Assembly (NCBI GenBank): GCA_016342585.1
Contig: JAEINK010000001.1
Coordinates: 137,287-201,286, forward strand
Reading direction: 5' to 3'
From: Spirochaetales bacterium
Lineage (GTDB): Bacteria > Spirochaetota > Spirochaetia > UBA9216
Length of the DNA: 64,000 nucleotides
Shown: positions 59,953 through 64,000 of the stretch, piece after piece
Position numbering within the stretch: the stretch's first letter is position 1
Layout: every line of letters starts with the position of its first letter
The notes under the pieces: model-generated
Told to the model about the DNA's origin: nothing
Database searches by the model: none
What the model saw: only the letters and a program-made list of their open reading frames with translations
Translations under genes and position numbers: made by a program

Positions 59953-60690
59953 ATGAACATTAAAATACTGGGAAATGGAGGGGGATTCTCTCAGGGCCTG
60001 CCTTATAACAGTTTTGTAATCGATCATACTATCCTGATCGAGACACCGCCGGATATTGTTTCATCACTCTATACCTGCAAAGTTCACCCTTCTGAGATTG
60101 AGGATATCTATATTTCCCATTTTCATGGAGACCACTATTTCGGCTTTCCCTTTCTGAGCCTCCACCTCTGCCTTTCAGGATCGAATAAAAACATCAATGT
60201 CTATGGTCCCGCCGGGATTAAAGAAAAACTGACCCAATTATCCTTCACAGCTTTCGGAGAAGAGAATCCCCTTCCGGGCTGGATTGAAAATCACATAAGG
60301 TTTATACCGGTAAGAGAAAATGAGTCCATCCTTTTCGATAATGGCCGAACTCCTTATACAGCCGATATCTTCGAAACCGCTCATTATGTGGAAACTCTTG
60401 GATTTTTGCTTGATGATGATAAAAAAAATCGCTTTTGCTATCTCCCCGATACAAGCTGGGATGATAAATTTAAGAATATACTGCTAAAGAAACCTGAAAT
60501 TGTCCTTTGTGATCTCAATGGCGAGGCAGACGACAAGGTAAAGGTTCATATGAGCGAGAAGGATATTCTGAAAAACGGTTTGTCCCTCTCCGAAACAACG
60601 ATTTTCTATGGAACCCACTTAAGGCAGACCAGAAAATCAACACATCCTCGAATTCAATATGTAAGTCAGGGTGAAGAAATTATCCTATAA
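59953..60690 (+). CDS. MBL-fold metallo-hydrolase
   Basis: 245 aa. ILGNGGG N-terminus. HFHGDHYFGFP (HxHxDH). Confidence 0.75.
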   Translation: MNIKILGNGGGFSQGLPYNSFVIDHTILIETPPDIVSSLYTCKVHPSEIEDIYISHFHGDHYFGFPFLSLHLCLSGSNKNINVYGPAGIKEKLTQLSFTAFGEENPLPGWIENHIRFIPVRENESILFDNGRTPYTADIFETAHYVETLGFLLDDDKKNRFCYLPDTSWDDKFKNILLKKPEIVLCDLNGEADDKVKVHMSEKDILKNGLSLSETTIFYGTHLRQTRKSTHPRIQYVSQGEEIIL

Positions 60691-60736
60691 CTTTGTAAAC
60701 TGATGATTAATTTTTCCTTTTAGTGTATAAGTTGGT

Positions 60737-61696
60737 ATGACTAATTTAGATATGACCACTGAACTCAATAACAACTGTACGATAAAAATATCACCCTGCT
60801 GCAGGAAATGTTCTATCCAGCAGGCAAAAGTTGCCTCATCTTTCGCCGGGCTGAATGAAAACCAGACTCAGAAAGCCATAAAAAAGGCAGAAGATGTCCT
60901 AGAAGAGTCCAAACACAAGCCCCTCCTTGTGCAGCATGTTGTCCGAAGAGTAGCAGACACTATTATAGAAGAAAAAGGCCTGCCTCCCTTCCACGATATT
61001 TATCGGGATGTGAAGGAGATATCAAATAATCTTGCTCAAAAGTTTTCACCGCGCCTGTCGGAAAAATTGAAGTCTCATAAGAACCCCTTTGAGTTCGGTC
61101 TCCAATTAGCTGCGGCCGGTAATATAATTGACTTTGGTGCCAAAGATTACAGGGATTTTAATTTAGAACATGAACTGAACAATATGGAAAACACAAGTTT
61201 CGATCATTATGATATAGATACCCTGAAACTATCCCTTTCCAGGGCCTCCCATATGCTTCTTATCTGCGATAACTGCGGTGAAATCGTTTTCGACATGCTT
61301 TTATTGGACGTTATTAAAGAGCACTACCCTGATTTAAAGATCACTGCAGCATTCAGGGACAAACCGGTTTTAAATGATGCGACGGTTAACGATGCCCGGG
61401 CTGTCGGATTCGATAAAATCGTTCCCATCATGTCAAGCGGAAGTCTCTATCCTGGTACCGTACTTCCTGAAACCTCCGCTGAATTTAAAAAGCTCTATGA
61501 TTCTGTAGATATCATCCTTTCCAAAGGTCAGGGGAATTTCGAAACCTTACTGCCTGGCAGTGATGAACGGATCTTTTTCATCCTCAAGATCAAATGTGAT
61601 TACATGGCCGACCTTTCCGGAGTAAAATGTGACAGTCTTGTTCTGATGCAGGGTGGCAACAGGCCTTCCGGAAGGAATAAGGACATTTCTGAATAA
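60737..61696 (+). CDS. DUF89 (ARMT1-like) metal-dependent damage-control phosphatase family protein
   Basis: 319 aa. Signature motifs ICDNCGEIVFDMLLLDVI and SKGQGNFETL. Confidence 0.65.
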   Translation: MTNLDMTTELNNNCTIKISPCCRKCSIQQAKVASSFAGLNENQTQKAIKKAEDVLEESKHKPLLVQHVVRRVADTIIEEKGLPPFHDIYRDVKEISNNLAQKFSPRLSEKLKSHKNPFEFGLQLAAAGNIIDFGAKDYRDFNLEHELNNMENTSFDHYDIDTLKLSLSRASHMLLICDNCGEIVFDMLLLDVIKEHYPDLKITAAFRDKPVLNDATVNDARAVGFDKIVPIMSSGSLYPGTVLPETSAEFKKLYDSVDIILSKGQGNFETLLPGSDERIFFILKIKCDYMADLSGVKCDSLVLMQGGNRPSGRNKDISE

Positions 61697-61761
61697 TTTG
61701 GAAATTTAAAATTACTTTTCTTTGTTACTCTTTATACTTATAATTTATACCGGAGGCTATC

Positions 61762-62520
61762 ATGAAACTTAAAAACAAAACTGTTCTTATTATCATGCTT
61801 TCAATTCTTATGTTCTCTGGTGTTCAGCTTGCCGCGTTACCCTTATCCTTCTGGTTCGATGTGGAATCAGGGGGGGCGATCACCAGTTATAACGATGTAC
61901 AGATCCCGGCTGATACGGGAACCCGTATCTCTTTAGCTGATGATTTATCACCGGAAATAAAATTCTATTATCGCCTTCAGACTGGCATAGACTTAAACAA
62001 ACACTCTCTCTTTCTTTTATATGCGCCTCTTCTGGTTAACAGTACCGGACCCCTGGATACGGATGTCGATTTCTATGGAGAAACATTTGCAGCAGGTTCC
62101 CCTCTTACGGCGTCCTACAAGTTCAACAGTTACCGGATAACCTATGCCTATACTTTTTATAAATCACCCGCTTTAAGGATAGCAGCAGGCCTGACAGGCA
62201 AAATCCGGGATGCCTATATTTCCCTGGAAAATGGGACAACGAAGGCAACCCGTTCAAATCTTGGGTTTGTCCCGCTGATTCACCTTTCGGCCGAGTGGTT
62301 TATGACACCCGAAATCTCAATTCTCCTTAAAGGAGACGGCCTGGCCGTTCCTCAAGGCAGGGCAGAGGATTTCCAACTGGCCATAGCCTATGCACCCACT
62401 CAAAATATGAAATTGAGGGTCGGTTATAGACTACTGGAAGGCGGATCAGATGGTGGGGGCTCTGTTTACTCGTTCAGCATGTTTCATTATATAAGTGCAG
62501 GCCTGCAGGTTAAGATTTAA
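61762..62520 (+). CDS. Small outer-membrane beta-barrel protein (hypothetical)
   Basis: 252 aa. Signal peptide. Alternating aromatic strands. C-terminal aromatic-containing end. Confidence 0.5.
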   Translation: MKLKNKTVLIIMLSILMFSGVQLAALPLSFWFDVESGGAITSYNDVQIPADTGTRISLADDLSPEIKFYYRLQTGIDLNKHSLFLLYAPLLVNSTGPLDTDVDFYGETFAAGSPLTASYKFNSYRITYAYTFYKSPALRIAAGLTGKIRDAYISLENGTTKATRSNLGFVPLIHLSAEWFMTPEISILLKGDGLAVPQGRAEDFQLAIAYAPTQNMKLRVGYRLLEGGSDGGGSVYSFSMFHYISAGLQVKI

Positions 62521-62556
62521 CAAGGCGTTTTTCAGCTTACTAAAGACTGGTAGGAT

Positions 62557-63729
62557 ATGAATATATTTGACACAGAAAACATTGAAAATAACTTATCTAT
62601 CGAAAAACAGAGAATACGCAGATATTTTTATTTTGGATCAATTTTATCTATACTGCTATTGGTTTCTATAGTATCTATAATTTTTTCAAGAAGTTTGAAA
62701 CTTGAATATAATACCAAAATTGAACAACTCTCTACTGCTATTATTGAAGAAAAGAAAGTATATATGCGAAATTCCATAGAACAGGTAATATATTTAATTG
62801 AATCAGAAAAGAGTCTATTTTTTGATAATAAGCAGTTCATAGACGAAAACATTAATGAAAAGCTTCTTGATCAACTTTTTAAAGAAAGAATAAAACCAGT
62901 TATTCGAAATATAAGATTCGTTAATGATGGGTATGTGTGGATAAATCAAGTTAATAATTATAATGGCGGTGATGGATATGCTGTCAGATTTGTTCATCCT
63001 AATTTAACACAGACAGAGGGGATGTTGCTCTCAACAAATACTGAAGATATCGTTGGTAACAAGCCATATGAAATAGAGCTCGAGGGAATCAAAAAATCAG
63101 GTGAGTTATTTTATGATTATTATTTCAAAGAAATGAATAGTGATCAAATATCCCATAAAATGTCATATGCCCAGCTGTATGAACCTTACGATTGGATTAT
63201 TGCTACAGGTGTCTATCTAAATGATGTTGACGATTTGATACAGATCGAAAAAGATAAAATGCATAAAACACTTAATCGCCAGCTGTTGTATTCCTTTTTT
63301 ATTACCTTATTAGCATTAATAATCTGTATTGCAATTTTAATTACTGCCGAAAAACAAATAATTAAGTTAATAACTGCATATGAAAACAATATTTCAATTT
63401 ACACAGATAAAATAATATCTGAGAAAGAAAAAACAGAAAAAGCTTTGGAAGAAATAAAAAACTTGAAAGGTCTTCTACCTATCTGTTCTCAATGCAAAGA
63501 TATCAGAGATGACAGTGGTTATTGGAGTCAGATTGAAGATTATATTGAGAATCATACGGATGCGTTATTCAGCCATAGCTTAGTAAGCGTCAATTTAAGC
63601 CTGAAATCCAGCTTTCAGCTCCAGCAAATCAGTCTGGATATTCCAGGGGAGAAGATTCTCCCAAGCATTATGGTCATGGATCATCGGGGCTTGAGAAAAA
63701 ACATAATTCAGATATCCATAAGGATTTAA
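62557..63729 (+). pseudogene. Cache-domain membrane sensor with short Cys/His cytoplasmic output motif; 3' end replaced by IS66-family sequence
   Basis: 390-aa ORF. TM1, periplasmic Cache-like domain (GYVWINQ...YDWIIATGVY), TM2, then LLPICSQCKDIRDDSGYWSQIEDYIENHTDALFSHS. From about 63584 the reading frame runs into the IS terminal sequence. The last approximately 48 codons are IS-derived. Confidence 0.6.
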
Positions 63730-64000
63730 TCCATTTTGCTTTGCTGTCTCGATGAGAGAGAACATGAAGCAGGAAGATTGTGCTCCCTCCGGGCTGCCAG
63801 AGAAGAGCCAGTTTTTCCGGCCAAGTACAAAAGGACGAATAGCCCTTTCGGCAGCATTGTTGTCAGGTGTCAATTCGAGATGGTCAAGATAATTCATGAC
63901 CTTATCCCATTGGCCAAGGGCATAACGTAAGCGTCAATTCTATAGGCCGTAGAACTGAATCCTGTTTACCTCATCTCTGTCACAGTTCCATGGGAGAATC
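63584..64000. mobile_element. IS66-family remnant (terminal repeat plus 3' end of tnpC), interrupted at about 63927 by a second copy of the same terminus that continues off-window
   Basis: The 13-mer GTAAGCGTCAATT occurs at 63584 and again at 63927 in the same orientation. The minus-strand ORF between them encodes the C-terminal IS66 TnpC signature YALGQWDKVMNYLDHLELTPDNNAAERAIRPFVLGRKNWLF. That frame ends at the stop at 63934-63936, so the tnpC-homologous frame terminates at about 63933, seven codons after the second GTAAGCG. Confidence 0.7.
63595..63933 (-). pseudogene. IS66-family transposase TnpC, C-terminal fragment only (about 110 of about 500 aa)
   Basis: The ERAIRP...GRKNWLF...NGL.P block is conserved. 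No upstream catalytic region. The frame ends just inside the second IS terminus, at the 63934-63936 stop. Confidence 0.7.

Noticed and set aside
63584-63949. Two copies of GTAAGCGTCAATT considered as a possible CRISPR-like or REP repeat
   Set aside because: Only two copies, with a 330-bp spacing. The intervening sequence encodes an IS66 TnpC C-terminus. They are better explained as IS termini.
1-64000. Searched for CRISPR arrays, rRNA genes, integrase/phage genes and classic defence operons (RM, CBASS, retron and similar)
   Set aside because: No spaced direct-repeat arrays. No rRNA-like conserved stretches. No integrase, terminase, capsid or restriction-methylase signatures among the translated ORFs.

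Overview
The window is 64 kb of a compact, low-GC (about 40%) diderm bacterial chromosome. Gene content is consistent with a Spirochaetota-like organism: a bacterial V-type ATPase operon, two EF-G paralogs, a patatin-Omp85 fusion, LptD-like, LolA-like and BamA-like envelope genes, and PilZ/Cache/PAS signalling proteins. The taxonomic call is inferred from gene content only. Most of the window is housekeeping and almost entirely coding, with many overlapping start/stop codons. The identifiable core genes are a TPR protein, corC, ybeY, a PgpH-like 7TM-HD protein and phoH in one operon, then uvrA, ispG, a 10-gene V-ATPase operon, an Fe-alcohol dehydrogenase, a PAS histidine kinase, an operon of zinc-ribbon protein, murI, rsgA, mutS2 and histidine phosphatase, rluD, yggS, tRNA-Val(TAC), fusA followed by an EF-G2 paralog, gltA, trmB and mfd. 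The more accessory, less well-understood content lies between 46 and 64 kb. (1) A translationally coupled cassette of a secreted protein, a degenerate-receiver+PilZ protein and an AmmeMemoRadiSam-type radical SAM enzyme that lacks its usual AMMECR1 and Memo partners. (2) A RelA/SpoT small-alarmone-synthetase-like protein with a long C-terminal coiled-coil tail, divergent from a hybrid PAS sensor kinase. (3) A seven-gene operon of GntR(YtrA-like) regulator, SPFH protein, MacB/LolD-like ATPase, two FtsX permeases, a LolA-like protein and an outer-membrane barrel, preceded by a perfect 22-bp palindromic operator. (4) A DUF362, MBL-fold hydrolase and DUF89 cluster divergent from that operator. (5) A Cache-domain membrane sensor whose only output is a short Cys/His motif and whose 3' end is replaced by IS66-family sequence: an IS66 end plus the 3' end of tnpC, itself truncated by a second copy of the same 13-bp IS terminus that runs off the window. 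No CRISPR array, rRNA or obvious prophage was seen.
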